A DNA stretch of 64,000 bases, from assembly GCA_965242965.1 (NCBI GenBank), contig OZ251518.1:1696001-1760000 (forward strand), in the 5' to 3' direction. Within the stretch, counting starts at the first letter, position 1, and the number at the start of each line of letters is the position of its first letter. Both the position numbers and the translations under genes were made by a program. The DNA is from Candidatus Poribacteria bacterium. GTDB taxonomy: Bacteria > Poribacteria > WGA-4E > WGA-3G. Below are positions 28,903-39,045 of the stretch, piece after piece. The notes under the pieces are model-generated. The model did not search any database. It was given only the letters and a program-made list of their open reading frames with translations, and was not told where the DNA came from.

Positions 28903-28931
28903 TTGACAATTTTCGTGAACGATGCTATATT
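28903..28931 (+). promoter_or_regulatory. Sigma70-like promoter
   Basis: TTGACA-17-TATATT with TG extension. Confidence 0.65.
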
Positions 28932-28962
28932 ATTAATAATTCAGAATTGTCAGGAGAGTCAC

Positions 28963-30180
28963 ATGGCAGAAAAGCAGTTTAAGGTGCGGGCAGCGCATTG
29001 TGATTATCGGGCGACAGAAGAAGAAATTTATCAGACGCTGCGCCGAGTTACCGATCCGTTGACACGCGCCTGGAAACCCATTGAAACCGCCAACAAGATT
29101 GTCATCAAACTGAATATGATGAAGCCGCACGAGCGGATTATCTATTACGAAGGCAGACGACGAGAATTAGTAGATGACGCGGTGTGCCGCGCAGTGTTTC
29201 GGCTGCTGAGGGAGCATACGCGCGCGCAAATTGTCGCCACCGATACGAATCCGTATACGCACGGGCATCGGATGCCCCCCGGTTTCAACTATCAGCATCA
29301 CCTCAAGGAATTCGGGGTGGAGTTTGTCGATTCTAACCTGCCGCCGTTCAAGGTTTACGATGTCCCCGATGGCGGTTCCATGTTCGATCGTTACACGCTG
29401 AGTGCCTGTTTTGACGATGCCGATGCTGTCGTCTCTGTGGCGAAAATGAAAAATCATGCGTTCATGGGCATCACGTTATGCACCAAGAATCTGTTCGGGT
29501 TGCCGCCGATGTTGCTGCCAGAAGGCAGGACGCGGAGTTATTATCACCACCTGATCCGGCTGTCTTATGTCCTGCCAGATCTGGCGTTGATAACGAAGCC
29601 GTGCCTCAATATCATTGACGCACTCACCGGACAGTGGGGACGCGAATGGGGCGGCGAAGGGAGAATCTGTAACGCACTCATCGCAGGAGACCATCCCATT
29701 GCAACCGATACCGTCGGAATGCATCTGATGGGACATGACCCGGGCTCAGATTGGCCGACACCGCCTTTCAAGCGGGACAGGAATCATATCCTCATCGCCG
29801 CACAGCGCGGATATGGGACGGTAAACCTTAACGAAATTGATTGGACGAGCGAGGTTACCGCGCCGCTGGCAGAGTTTGATTCGGTGGAGACAGATAGCCC
29901 GGAGACGGTTGCGAATTGGCGGCGGACGACGTGTGAGCAGGGGTTGGTTTATCTGGAAAACCAGAAACCGCTGATCGACCGGTATCGCGGGAATTTCATT
30001 TATTTGCAGGACGGTGAGGTAGTCTGGAGCGGTCCGGACCCGGCGCATCTCGGCAGTCGTCGGCAGTTGAGCGGCGCGAAGAAAGATAGCGCGCTGTGGT
30101 TGAAGCTGGTCGACCCGGAAGAGCACGAGGGTGAACGGTTCGGCGCGTATGAGGAATGTTTGAAAGATTTTGCCGCGTAG
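28963..30180 (+). CDS. DUF362 domain protein
   Basis: KIVIKLN, VSVAKMKNH, ITLCTKNLFG, LNIIDA; RBS AGGAG. Confidence 0.85.
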   Translation: MAEKQFKVRAAHCDYRATEEEIYQTLRRVTDPLTRAWKPIETANKIVIKLNMMKPHERIIYYEGRRRELVDDAVCRAVFRLLREHTRAQIVATDTNPYTHGHRMPPGFNYQHHLKEFGVEFVDSNLPPFKVYDVPDGGSMFDRYTLSACFDDADAVVSVAKMKNHAFMGITLCTKNLFGLPPMLLPEGRTRSYYHHLIRLSYVLPDLALITKPCLNIIDALTGQWGREWGGEGRICNALIAGDHPIATDTVGMHLMGHDPGSDWPTPPFKRDRNHILIAAQRGYGTVNLNEIDWTSEVTAPLAEFDSVETDSPETVANWRRTTCEQGLVYLENQKPLIDRYRGNFIYLQDGEVVWSGPDPAHLGSRRQLSGAKKDSALWLKLVDPEEHEGERFGAYEECLKDFAA

Positions 30181-30345
30181 GAGGGAAGCCCGGTAGGAGA
30201 GCCCTCCGGCGCACGATGGCCCAGTAGGAGAGACCTCCTGGTCTCGATGCATCCGACTTGCCCTCTCTGTAGTTTGCGATCGCCTGATCGCAAACAGGTC
30301 TCGATGCGTTCCCTGTAGGCGAGACCTCCTGGTCTCGATGCATCC
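30177..30345. repeat. GTAG hairpin array
   Basis: GTAGGAGAGACCTCCTGGTCTCGATGC and GTAGTTTGCGATCGCCTGATCGCAAAC. Confidence 0.85.
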
Positions 30346-30363
30346 TTATAGGAGGGAAATAAA

Positions 30364-31119
30364 ATGCATATCACCGAAGCCCAGAAAACAGAATTGGATG
30401 AGCAGGGGTGCATCGTGATACCCGATGTGCTTTCTGCTGAGGAGATCGAGATGTATCGCGCCGATTTGCTGCGACTCGCCGCGGCAGAACGGCGCGAAGG
30501 CACCGCACGTCGGCATACCGATAACCACGGACAACACGTGCGATGGTTGGTGAATAAAGGTGAGATTTACGAGCGGCTCGTTGCGCATCCGAAGGTAATG
30601 CCGTTTTTTGAATACCTGCTCGGTGAGGATTATACGCTAAGCACGCTTACCTCCAATATCATTGAGCCCGGCGCGCCGGATGGCGGTTACCATGTAGATA
30701 GCGTGCTAGGCACGATGCCGGAGCCGCTGCCCAGTTTTCCAGTCGTGGCGAATAGCCTCTGGCTGCTAGACGATTTCACGCCGGTGAACGGTGGAACGCG
30801 GTATGTGCCGGGGATACATCGGCAAGGCGTGAAGCCACCGCAAGGCACCACGCATCATCCGGATGAAGTGCGTGTGACTGCGCCGAAGGGTTCAGTGTTT
30901 CTGTTTAACGGTGCCATTTGGCATTCTGCCGGCGCGAATAAGACTGAGCGCGAGCGGATTGCGTTAATCTGTTTCTGTTGCCGTTCATTTATCAAGCCGA
31001 TGTTTGATTTCGTGCATTATTTGGAGCCGGAGGTAGTTGCGCGGGCCACGCCGACGATGCGTCGGATTTATGGGTTTGATTCGCAGCCGAATCCGCCGGA
31101 TAGGGTGGGGGTTTCGTAA
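30364..31119 (+). CDS. Phytanoyl-CoA dioxygenase (PhyH) family protein
   Basis: YHVD, LDDFTPVNGGTRYVPG, IWHSAGAN..R. Confidence 0.92.
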   Translation: MHITEAQKTELDEQGCIVIPDVLSAEEIEMYRADLLRLAAAERREGTARRHTDNHGQHVRWLVNKGEIYERLVAHPKVMPFFEYLLGEDYTLSTLTSNIIEPGAPDGGYHVDSVLGTMPEPLPSFPVVANSLWLLDDFTPVNGGTRYVPGIHRQGVKPPQGTTHHPDEVRVTAPKGSVFLFNGAIWHSAGANKTERERIALICFCCRSFIKPMFDFVHYLEPEVVARATPTMRRIYGFDSQPNPPDRVGVS

Positions 31120-31137
31120 ATTTCTATTTCCTCTGGG

Positions 31138-31385
31138 CATCGAGACCGGGATGTCTCTCCTACGGCTGTCGGGGTAGGCGGGACATCCTTGTCCCGATAC
31201 GGTGCGCCTCGAGACCGGGATGTCTCTCCTACTGAATTGCATCGAGACCAGGAGGTCTCTCCTACTGGGCCGAACTGAATTTGACATTTTGGCGAAAGTT
31301 GTGGTAAATTAATGAAAACCGGACGGATAGAGACATCCACTCTGAGGCTCGGTTAATGGCGTGGGACAGGCCCTCGCCCTACGGT
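31138..31385. repeat. GTAG hairpin array with an embedded TTGACA promoter candidate at 31281
   Basis: GAGACCGGGATGTCTCTCCTAC copies. Confidence 0.8.
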
Positions 31386-31433
31386 GAAGTGGATATTTCG
31401 GGAGCAGACAGAAGATAGCGAGAGTATACCGCA

Positions 31434-32888
31434 ATGTCAATGTTTGATGGATACACCACCGATGGATTTTACGATGAGATGTTTGCACCAGATGGCAGCC
31501 CGCTGCCCGCTGCGCAGATGTTGATGGAGCGCATCGAACAAATGCCCGATGGCGAGCTGCTGCGTCGACAGATTGCCGCAGAGCGAGCGCTGCTGCAACT
31601 GGGGATTACCTTCAATGTCTACGCAGATGAGCAAGGCGTTGAAAAGATTTTTCCCTTCGATCTCATCCCGCGCATCATCGATGCAAACGAGTGGGAGTGG
31701 ATGGAACGCGGGCTGAAGCAGCGCATCCGTGCACTCAATCTCTTCATTGATGATGTCTACCATGAACAGAAGATTCTGAAGGACGGCGTAGTGCCAGCGG
31801 AGGTAGTGCTGTCGTCTAATCGCTACCTTGAACCGTGCATCGGTTTGGAACCGCCTCGCGGCATTTGGTGCCATATCACCGGGACAGACCTGGTGCGGGA
31901 CAGCGATGGACAGTATTATGTGTTAGAAGATAATCTCGGCTGTCCATCTGGTGTCTCCTACGTGTTGGAGAATCGAAATCTCATGAAGCGCACGTTCCCG
32001 CAGCTGTTCGGGATGTCGCAGATTGAACCCGTGGAAGATTATCCGAGTCGGCTGCTGAACATGCTCCAATACCTTGCGAACGACAAGGTGAATGCCCCGA
32101 AAGTTGCAGTGTTGACACCCGGTGTCTACAATTCCGCCTATTTTGAGCATTCATTTCTCGCGCAGCAGATGGGGGTGGAGCTCGTTGAAGGCCGAGATCT
32201 GGTGGTGCAGGAGGGGTTCGTGCACATGCGGACAACGAAGGGGTTTGAACGCATTGATGTGCTCTATCGCCGAATTAACGACGATTTCTTGGATCCGAAG
32301 ATGTTCCGCCCGGACTCGATGCTCGGTGTACCGGGGTTGATGGAGGCTTATCAAGCGGGCCGCCTCGCTTTAGTGAACGCGCCCGGCACCTGCGTCGCCG
32401 ATGATAAAGTAATCTGCGCGTTCGTGCCGCAGATTATCAAATACTACCTTGACGAAGAGATTATTGTCCCGAACGTGCCGACTTATATGTGCTGGGAAGA
32501 CTCGGACCGGAAGTATGTATTGGAGCATCTAGACGAACTCGTTGTGAAAGCGGCGAACGAGTCGGGCGGCCACGGTATGCTAATTGGACCGCATTCAACA
32601 AAGGCTGAGCAGGAAGAATTCGCGCGGCGCATTCAGGCGAATCCGCGCAACTATATCGCGCAGCCGACGCTTGCCCTTTCACGAGTGCCGGTGCTAATTG
32701 ATGACAACGCGCATTGGCGTTTTGAGGGACGGCACGTCGATTTGCGTCCCTTTATCCTGTATGGAGAGGAGATTTATGTCCTGCCAGGTGGATTGACGCG
32801 CGTCGCGCTGAAGAAAGATTCGTTGGTGGTGAATTCATCGCAGGGTGGCGGGAGTAAGGATACGTGGGTGTTGTCGAATATGTCGTAG
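31434..32888 (+). CDS. Circularly permuted type 2 ATP-grasp protein
   Basis: GITFNVY, FPFDLIPR, VLEDN..PSGVSY, NSAYFEH, VNSSQGGGSKDTWV. Confidence 0.95.
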   Translation: MSMFDGYTTDGFYDEMFAPDGSPLPAAQMLMERIEQMPDGELLRRQIAAERALLQLGITFNVYADEQGVEKIFPFDLIPRIIDANEWEWMERGLKQRIRALNLFIDDVYHEQKILKDGVVPAEVVLSSNRYLEPCIGLEPPRGIWCHITGTDLVRDSDGQYYVLEDNLGCPSGVSYVLENRNLMKRTFPQLFGMSQIEPVEDYPSRLLNMLQYLANDKVNAPKVAVLTPGVYNSAYFEHSFLAQQMGVELVEGRDLVVQEGFVHMRTTKGFERIDVLYRRINDDFLDPKMFRPDSMLGVPGLMEAYQAGRLALVNAPGTCVADDKVICAFVPQIIKYYLDEEIIVPNVPTYMCWEDSDRKYVLEHLDELVVKAANESGGHGMLIGPHSTKAEQEEFARRIQANPRNYIAQPTLALSRVPVLIDDNAHWRFEGRHVDLRPFILYGEEIYVLPGGLTRVALKKDSLVVNSSQGGGSKDTWVLSNMS

Positions 32889-32899
32889 TTAAGCAGGAG

Positions 32900-33115
32900 C
32901 ACGGCGAGGGGATGGCGTTTTTTTATCGTAGCGCGGGGGCCTGTCCCCCGAGATCGTTGGATTGCGCGAACCATGGCGAGGGGATGGCGTTTTTTATCGT
33001 AGCGCGGGGGCCTGTCCCCCGCGAGTGTCGTGGGCCGCGAACGATGGCGAGGGACAGGGTAGGAGAGACCTCCCGGTCTCGATGAGCATGGCGAGGGACA
33101 GGCCCTCGCCCTACG
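32900..33115. repeat. GTAG hairpin array inside the operon
   Basis: GGCGAGGGGATGGCGTTTTTTATCGTAGCGCGGGGGCCTGTCCCCCG x2. Confidence 0.85.
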
Positions 33116-33148
33116 GTGAACGTGAAGGGAAACACAGGGAATAGCACT

Positions 33149-34153
33149 ATGTTGAGTCGCGTGGCAGAATCAATTTATTGGATGAGCCGTTATATTGAAC
33201 GTGCAGAAAACGTCGCAAGATTTGTTGATGTCAATCTGCATCTGATGCTGGATTTGCCGGTGGGGATGCAGACGCAGTGGAGACCGCTCGTCGCAACGAC
33301 AGGCGACGACGACGTGTTCGCTGAGCGATACGGCGACGCATCCCAAGAGACAGTGATTCGGTTCCTGACGTTTGACAGGAAGAACCCGAATTCGATCATC
33401 TCGTGTTTGCGGGCGGCGCGAGAGAACGCCCGCTCTATCCGAGAAAATATCTCATCGGAAATGTGGGAGCAGCTCAACGTCGCCTATTTGACAGTAACCG
33501 AGACGACGGAAGAGTGGGCAAGGACTGAACCGCACGAATTTTTCGGCGAAATCAAACGTGCCTCGCAACTGTTTATGGGGCTAACCGATAACAGCATGTC
33601 TCACAGCGAGGGATGGCATTTCTGTCGGTTGGGACGGTTGATTGAACGTGCCGACAAGACTTCACGCATCGTCGATGTGAAATACTTTATTCTCCTGCCA
33701 TCTGTCTGGCATGTGGATACCCCGTTTGACGATATTCAGTGGGGCGCGCTGTTGCATTCGGCAAGTGCTTTTGAGATGTATCGACGGACGCATGGGCTAA
33801 TCGCGCCAAAACAAGTCGTGGCGTTTTTGTTGCTGGACCGGGAGTTTCCGCGTTCGGTGCTTTATTGCCTGTCAAAGGCAGAGGAATCCCTCCATGCCAT
33901 CTCGGGCACGCCGTTGGAGACATTCTCGAATTCGGCGGAGCAGCGATTGGGACAGCTGCGTTCGGAGTTCGCTTATGCGCAGGTGAAGCAGGTGCTTTCA
34001 ACTGGTTTGCATGAGTTTTTGGATGCATTTCAGACGAAGTTGAATCTGGTAGGAGAGGATGTGCATAAGACGTTTTTCGCGTTGCGGCCGGTGGATGAGA
34101 ATGGAATGGAAAACAGGAGGATGGGCCAGAGCCAGGTCTTCGGCCTACGATGA
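33149..34153 (+). CDS. Alpha-E domain protein
   Basis: MLSRVAESIYWMSRYIERAEN, ARENAR, GRLIERADKTSR, FPRS. Confidence 0.95.
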   Translation: MLSRVAESIYWMSRYIERAENVARFVDVNLHLMLDLPVGMQTQWRPLVATTGDDDVFAERYGDASQETVIRFLTFDRKNPNSIISCLRAARENARSIRENISSEMWEQLNVAYLTVTETTEEWARTEPHEFFGEIKRASQLFMGLTDNSMSHSEGWHFCRLGRLIERADKTSRIVDVKYFILLPSVWHVDTPFDDIQWGALLHSASAFEMYRRTHGLIAPKQVVAFLLLDREFPRSVLYCLSKAEESLHAISGTPLETFSNSAEQRLGQLRSEFAYAQVKQVLSTGLHEFLDAFQTKLNLVGEDVHKTFFALRPVDENGMENRRMGQSQVFGLR

Positions 34154-34157
34154 GATT

Positions 34158-34350
34158 GGCGAGGGACAGGCCCTCTGTCTCTGTAGGGCAGGATCGCCTG
34201 ATCCTGCGAGGGATCTCCTACGGTGGCGAGGGACAGGCCCTCGCCCTACGTGAAGGGGCAGCGTTTTTTTCATCGTAGCGCGGGGCCCCTCGGATGCCAC
34301 ACGCGCATCCGAGCGGGTTTCCCCCGCGATGTTGGGCGATTTATGAAATT
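34158..34350. repeat. GTAG hairpin array ending in a partial TIR
   Basis: Hairpins, then GCGATTTATGAAA. Confidence 0.8.
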
Positions 34351-34388
34351 TGATAAATTAACGAAAAGTGGAAGAACGGTAACAGAAT

Positions 34389-37079
34389 ATGCAACGTTCA
34401 AACAACACACACTACACCGTCATTGACGAAAATTATCGGTTAACCAAATCGCGCAGCGGGGATGCCTCAGATGACGAGCTGGTCGCGAGCAATGGGCAAG
34501 TCCATGCGCATTGGCAGGCATTTATTGCGGCCCTAGAAACCCTCGGGCTTGAGGAAATGGAGGCGCGGCATCAACAACTGCGACGGCTGTTGCGCGAGAA
34601 CGGTGTCACCTATGTCGTGCATGGAGAGGAACAGGGACATCGGCCGTGGGAACTGGATCCGATTCCGTTGATATTCTCATCGGCGGAATGGGAGAAGATT
34701 GCGGCAGGGTTGACGCAGCGCGCCGAGTTGCTGAACCTCGTGCTGACAGATGTTTACGGCGAACGTCGGCTGATTAAAGAGGGAGTGCTGCCACCGGAGG
34801 TTGTGTATGCGCACGCGGGATTTTTGCGGGAATGTGATGGCATCGCGAGCGGTTTGGCGGCCGGCACCACATCAGGGAAGGCACTCCTACTGTATGCAGC
34901 GGATTTGGCACGAGGGTCAGATGGCCAGATGTGGGTACTGAGCGACCGGGCGCAAGCCCCCTCCGGCGCGGGATATGCGTTGGAGAACCGCACCGCACTG
35001 GCGCGGGTGATGCCGAATCTGTTCGGGGATATCGGCGTGCATCGGCTTTCGTTCTTCTTCCGTGCGATGCAGAACGAACTGGCGGAGATTGCGCCGCACG
35101 GGAAGGCGAATCCGCATGTCGTGATGCTAACCCCCGGTCCGCTGAACGAAACCTATTTTGAGCATGCGTATCTGGCAAGTTATCTCGGCTATACGCTGGT
35201 GCAGGGCAACGATTTGACGGTGTGGGACGGGCGCGTCTGGTTGAAATCGCTGGATGGGTTGCAGCCCGTGGATATTATTTTCAGGCGAGTAGACGATGTA
35301 TTCTGCGATGCGCTGGAGTTGCGGCAGGACTCTCGGCTCGGCGTTGCGGGGTTGATGGAGGCGATTCGGCTCGGGAATGTTGTTGTCGTCAACGCGCCGG
35401 GGACTAGCGTTTTGGAGAACCCGGGGCTCATGCCGTTTTTGCCAAACATCGCGAAGTGGTTTGGCATTACCGCCGATTGCTCACTGCTGTTGCCATCGGT
35501 GGCGACGTGGTGGTGCGGGCAGCGAGCGGAGCGCGCTTATGTGCTGGATAACCTTGAACACCTCGTTATCAAGACAATTCACCGGAAGCCGATGAATGCT
35601 TATCCCTTGTTTGGCGCGGCATTGAGTTCGGCGGAGTTGGCGACGCTGCGCTCGCAAATCCACGCCGAACCGCATCTTTACGTCGGACAGGAGCAGGTGC
35701 ATTTCTCGACAACGCCTTCGTTGATTGACGGCAAGTTGGAGCCGCGGCATGCAACACTGCGCAGTTTCTTGTTCGCACAGCGAGAAGGATATGTCGTGAT
35801 GCCGGGGGGATTAACGCGGAGTGCGGCGAAGAAGGGCGCGCTGATCGTTTCAAGTCGCGCCGGGGGAGTGAGTAAGGATACATGGATTCTCGCCGATGAG
35901 CCTACACAGCATGTCAGTTTATGGCGGCAGCCGAAGAACGGGTTGCGTCCGTTGGCTTATGATAACGTCGGGAATTCGCGCGGGTTGTCAAGTCGCGCGG
36001 CGGAGAATCTGTTTTGGGTGGGCCGTTATGCCGAGCGCGCCGAGGGACAGGCACGGTTGCTACGGATTATTTTGGAGACATTGCAGTCAAGTCCGTTAGC
36101 TGAGGATGCGCGAGAGCTCGCTGAATTGACGTATCTCCGCAGCCTGTTTCGTTCGATTACGGGGTTTTATGGGACAGCCGCTGCCATGGAGAAACGCAAC
36201 GTTGCGTTATCCGATGAACTGTTTTCTCTCACGCTGGATACCCAAAATGACAGTAGCCTCGTGTCAACGCTCAAGTCAATGGTAACAGCGGCTTACGCAG
36301 TGCGCGACCGCTGGTCTACCGATACCTGGCGTGTCATGAATAACATTGAAAATTTATGCACAACGCTTGAGAAAAATCTTACGGAAGGACGGATGGGGGA
36401 GTCGGAATCGGGTGAGGAGACATTGAGAACGGGAGAAGAGGCATCGAAAACGGCGTTGGATGCGCAGACGCTGCAGGAGATCCAGACAGAATTGGATAGG
36501 TTGATGATTTTTCTGGCTGCGCTGACAGGCTTGAACGCGGAGAGCATGACGCAGACGATAGGATGGCTGAGTCTAGATATGGGGCGGCGGATTGAACGCG
36601 CGCTGCTTCTGATTCGGCTATGCCGTTCTAGCCTTGTCGGTGCGTATTATGACGACTGGCTCGAAAATCGACTGCTGGAGTCAATGTTGGCGGCGGCGGA
36701 GAGTCTGATTACGTATCGCGGGCGGTATCGCGCCGAGTTACACTTCCCGACGGTGCTGGAGTTGCTGCTGCTTGACGAGAGCAACCCGCGCGCCCTAGTC
36801 TATCAGTTAAAACGGCTTCAGGAGCAGATTCGTTCGTTGCCGCGCGAGAAATTGGGGTATCGGCTCAGCAAGGAGGAGCAGTTGATTTTGGAGGCGTTGA
36901 CGCAGCTGCAACTCTCGAATACGATGCAGCTTGCAGAACGTTCGGGGCAGATGCGGCAGGGATTGGAAAAGTTGCTGGCGCGGTTGGCGCAGCTGTTGCA
37001 CGAACTTTCGGAGGCGTTGACGCTGAACTATTTCAGTCATGTGCAAGGGCCGCAGCAGTTCGTAGCGGTGAATTCATGA
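34389..37079 (+). CDS. Circularly permuted ATP-grasp / alpha-E fusion protein
   Basis: NGVTY, PWELDPIP, APSGAGYALENR, SKDTW, then SRAAENLFWVGRYAERAE. Confidence 0.93.
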   Translation: MQRSNNTHYTVIDENYRLTKSRSGDASDDELVASNGQVHAHWQAFIAALETLGLEEMEARHQQLRRLLRENGVTYVVHGEEQGHRPWELDPIPLIFSSAEWEKIAAGLTQRAELLNLVLTDVYGERRLIKEGVLPPEVVYAHAGFLRECDGIASGLAAGTTSGKALLLYAADLARGSDGQMWVLSDRAQAPSGAGYALENRTALARVMPNLFGDIGVHRLSFFFRAMQNELAEIAPHGKANPHVVMLTPGPLNETYFEHAYLASYLGYTLVQGNDLTVWDGRVWLKSLDGLQPVDIIFRRVDDVFCDALELRQDSRLGVAGLMEAIRLGNVVVVNAPGTSVLENPGLMPFLPNIAKWFGITADCSLLLPSVATWWCGQRAERAYVLDNLEHLVIKTIHRKPMNAYPLFGAALSSAELATLRSQIHAEPHLYVGQEQVHFSTTPSLIDGKLEPRHATLRSFLFAQREGYVVMPGGLTRSAAKKGALIVSSRAGGVSKDTWILADEPTQHVSLWRQPKNGLRPLAYDNVGNSRGLSSRAAENLFWVGRYAERAEGQARLLRIILETLQSSPLAEDARELAELTYLRSLFRSITGFYGTAAAMEKRNVALSDELFSLTLDTQNDSSLVSTLKSMVTAAYAVRDRWSTDTWRVMNNIENLCTTLEKNLTEGRMGESESGEETLRTGEEASKTALDAQTLQEIQTELDRLMIFLAALTGLNAESMTQTIGWLSLDMGRRIERALLLIRLCRSSLVGAYYDDWLENRLLESMLAAAESLITYRGRYRAELHFPTVLELLLLDESNPRALVYQLKRLQEQIRSLPREKLGYRLSKEEQLILEALTQLQLSNTMQLAERSGQMRQGLEKLLARLAQLLHELSEALTLNYFSHVQGPQQFVAVNS

Positions 37080-38128
37080 ACTATCAGATTACACATAAGA
37101 CGCACTATATCTACAGCGATACGGCGAATTTGTCCTATAACGAGGCGCGGTTGACACCGCGGAGTTTTGCGAGGTATCCGTATAAACATTACTCGCCGAG
37201 TGGGGTTTTGGCGGCGTGGGGGCATTTGCAGCAGGTTCACCGCAGTCGGTTTGTCGTTGAGCCGCAGCCGACGAATTATCGCGAGCGCGAGGATTTCTTC
37301 GGGAATACCGTCAGTTATTTTGCGATTCAACGGCCGCATCAGACACTTACCGTCACGGTGACAAGTCAGGTGGAGGTGAAGCGTCAAAGCACGACAGCGC
37401 GCGAGGGCTCTGAAAGCGTGGCATGGGAGACGGCGCGGGAGCAGCTTCAAACATCGATGCATCCGGAGATTTTAGAGGCGCGGCAGTATGTGTTGGATTC
37501 GCCGATGATTCCGACGCGATTGACAGAACTTCGCGAGTATGCAACGCCATCGTTTGCACCGGGCAGACCATTGCGAGAGGCGGTGCGCGAACTGACAGAG
37601 CGACTCTATACCGATTTTACCTACGAGCCGGGGGAGACGACGGTTGCGACTCCGTTGGAGGAGGCGTTAGCGCATCGCCGCGGTGTCTGCCAAGATTTTG
37701 CGCATTTAGGGATTGGATGTCTCCGCGCGATGGGGTTGGCGGCGCGTTATGTGAGTGGATACATTGAGACGATGCCGCCGCCGGGACAGGAGCGGCTGGT
37801 GGGTGCTGATGCATCGCATGCGTGGTTTTCGGTGTATGTGCCGGATGTGGCGCGCTTGGAACGCGCGCCTACAAAAGACAATTTACAAAGTATCCCTTCC
37901 GGCAACGCTTTGGGAAGTTGCGGCGAGTGGTTAGATTTCGATCCGACGAATAATCAGGTGCTAGGTGAGCAGCATATCACGGTGGCGTGGGGACGCGATT
38001 ATTCGGATGTGACGCTGCTGAAGGGTGTCGTTTTTGGGAGTGGGACGCATGAATTATCAGTCTCCGTAGATTGTCAGCGGGAAGCTGGTAATGATGTCCC
38101 AGAAACAACTTACGGTTTCCAAAAATAG
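37076..38128 (+). CDS. Transglutaminase family protein
   Basis: HKTHYIY, DFFGN, GVCQDFAH, ARYVSGY, ASHAW, DPTN, AWGRDYSDV. Confidence 0.95.
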   Translation: MNYQITHKTHYIYSDTANLSYNEARLTPRSFARYPYKHYSPSGVLAAWGHLQQVHRSRFVVEPQPTNYREREDFFGNTVSYFAIQRPHQTLTVTVTSQVEVKRQSTTAREGSESVAWETAREQLQTSMHPEILEARQYVLDSPMIPTRLTELREYATPSFAPGRPLREAVRELTERLYTDFTYEPGETTVATPLEEALAHRRGVCQDFAHLGIGCLRAMGLAARYVSGYIETMPPPGQERLVGADASHAWFSVYVPDVARLERAPTKDNLQSIPSGNALGSCGEWLDFDPTNNQVLGEQHITVAWGRDYSDVTLLKGVVFGSGTHELSVSVDCQREAGNDVPETTYGFQK

Positions 38129-39003
38129 AGCGTCCCATCGTGGTTTGCGCTCATGAACTCCCCGGCTTCGGTGAAGGCTAAGGCGCGGATAGCACTTTCC
38201 TGTGCCGGGAGTTTGGACACCGCGATGTTAGCACGTTCGTGCACGGCATCAGTGCCTCGCGTTTCGGATAAGCTGGGCAGGCCCCATAGCCGGAGCTGCC
38301 TGTCTTTCCCGCCGGAGGCGAGGTGTGTGCAGTCTTGTGAGAATGCCACCGCATGCACCGAATCAGCGTGCGAGAGGAGTGTGGCAAAGAGCTCATAACT
38401 TTCCATGTCCCACAGCCGAACGGTGGTATCGGAGCTGCTGCTGGCGAGGCGTTTGCCATCAGCGGAAAATGCCAAGGCTAAGACGAGCCCATCATGTGCG
38501 GCGAGAGTGTGAAGACGATACCCGGTATCCAGATTCCATAACCGAATTCTGCCATCGGTGCTGCCGCTGGCAAGTATGCTTTCTGCGGCGAACGCCAAGG
38601 AGCGGACGCGCCCGGGGGATTCCGTAAACGTCGGCAAAACTTCGTCCCAGGCGGGGATAGGCATTCCATCGGGGGCGGCTGCGCTGGCCGCAAGCATCGC
38701 GGAATGTCCTGCGAGAAGCGCGATTTCGCGGGCTGTCTCGGTGTCCCAAAGCCATAGTGTGTTATCGTCACAGCCGCTAACCAGCCTTCGGTTATCAGGG
38801 GCGAAGGCAAGGGCACGGATGCGCGCGGTATGCCCAGGGAGCATGGCGAATTGCGCGCCGGTGTCCAAACGGTAAATCCAGATGCGTCCCTCGCCACCGG
38901 CGGCGATTTTGGTGCCATCAAGTGAAAAGGCGAGCGCGGTGACTTGGTTCTGGCTGAGGCGGGATTGCAGTCCCGCTGGAAGTTGTGAGTGGATGCAGTT
39001 CAT
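38110..39003 (-). CDS. WD40 repeat protein
   Basis: GHTARIRALAFAPD..LWLWD, ASGSTDGRIRLWN, SSDTTVRLWD. Confidence 0.9.
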   Translation of the reverse strand: MNCIHSQLPAGLQSRLSQNQVTALAFSLDGTKIAAGGEGRIWIYRLDTGAQFAMLPGHTARIRALAFAPDNRRLVSGCDDNTLWLWDTETAREIALLAGHSAMLAASAAAPDGMPIPAWDEVLPTFTESPGRVRSLAFAAESILASGSTDGRIRLWNLDTGYRLHTLAAHDGLVLALAFSADGKRLASSSSDTTVRLWDMESYELFATLLSHADSVHAVAFSQDCTHLASGGKDRQLRLWGLPSLSETRGTDAVHERANIAVSKLPAQESAIRALAFTEAGEFMSANHDGTLYFWKP

Positions 39004-39045
39004 GAAAATATCGCTCCTAGAACAATTTGAACAACTTGCGAACGA

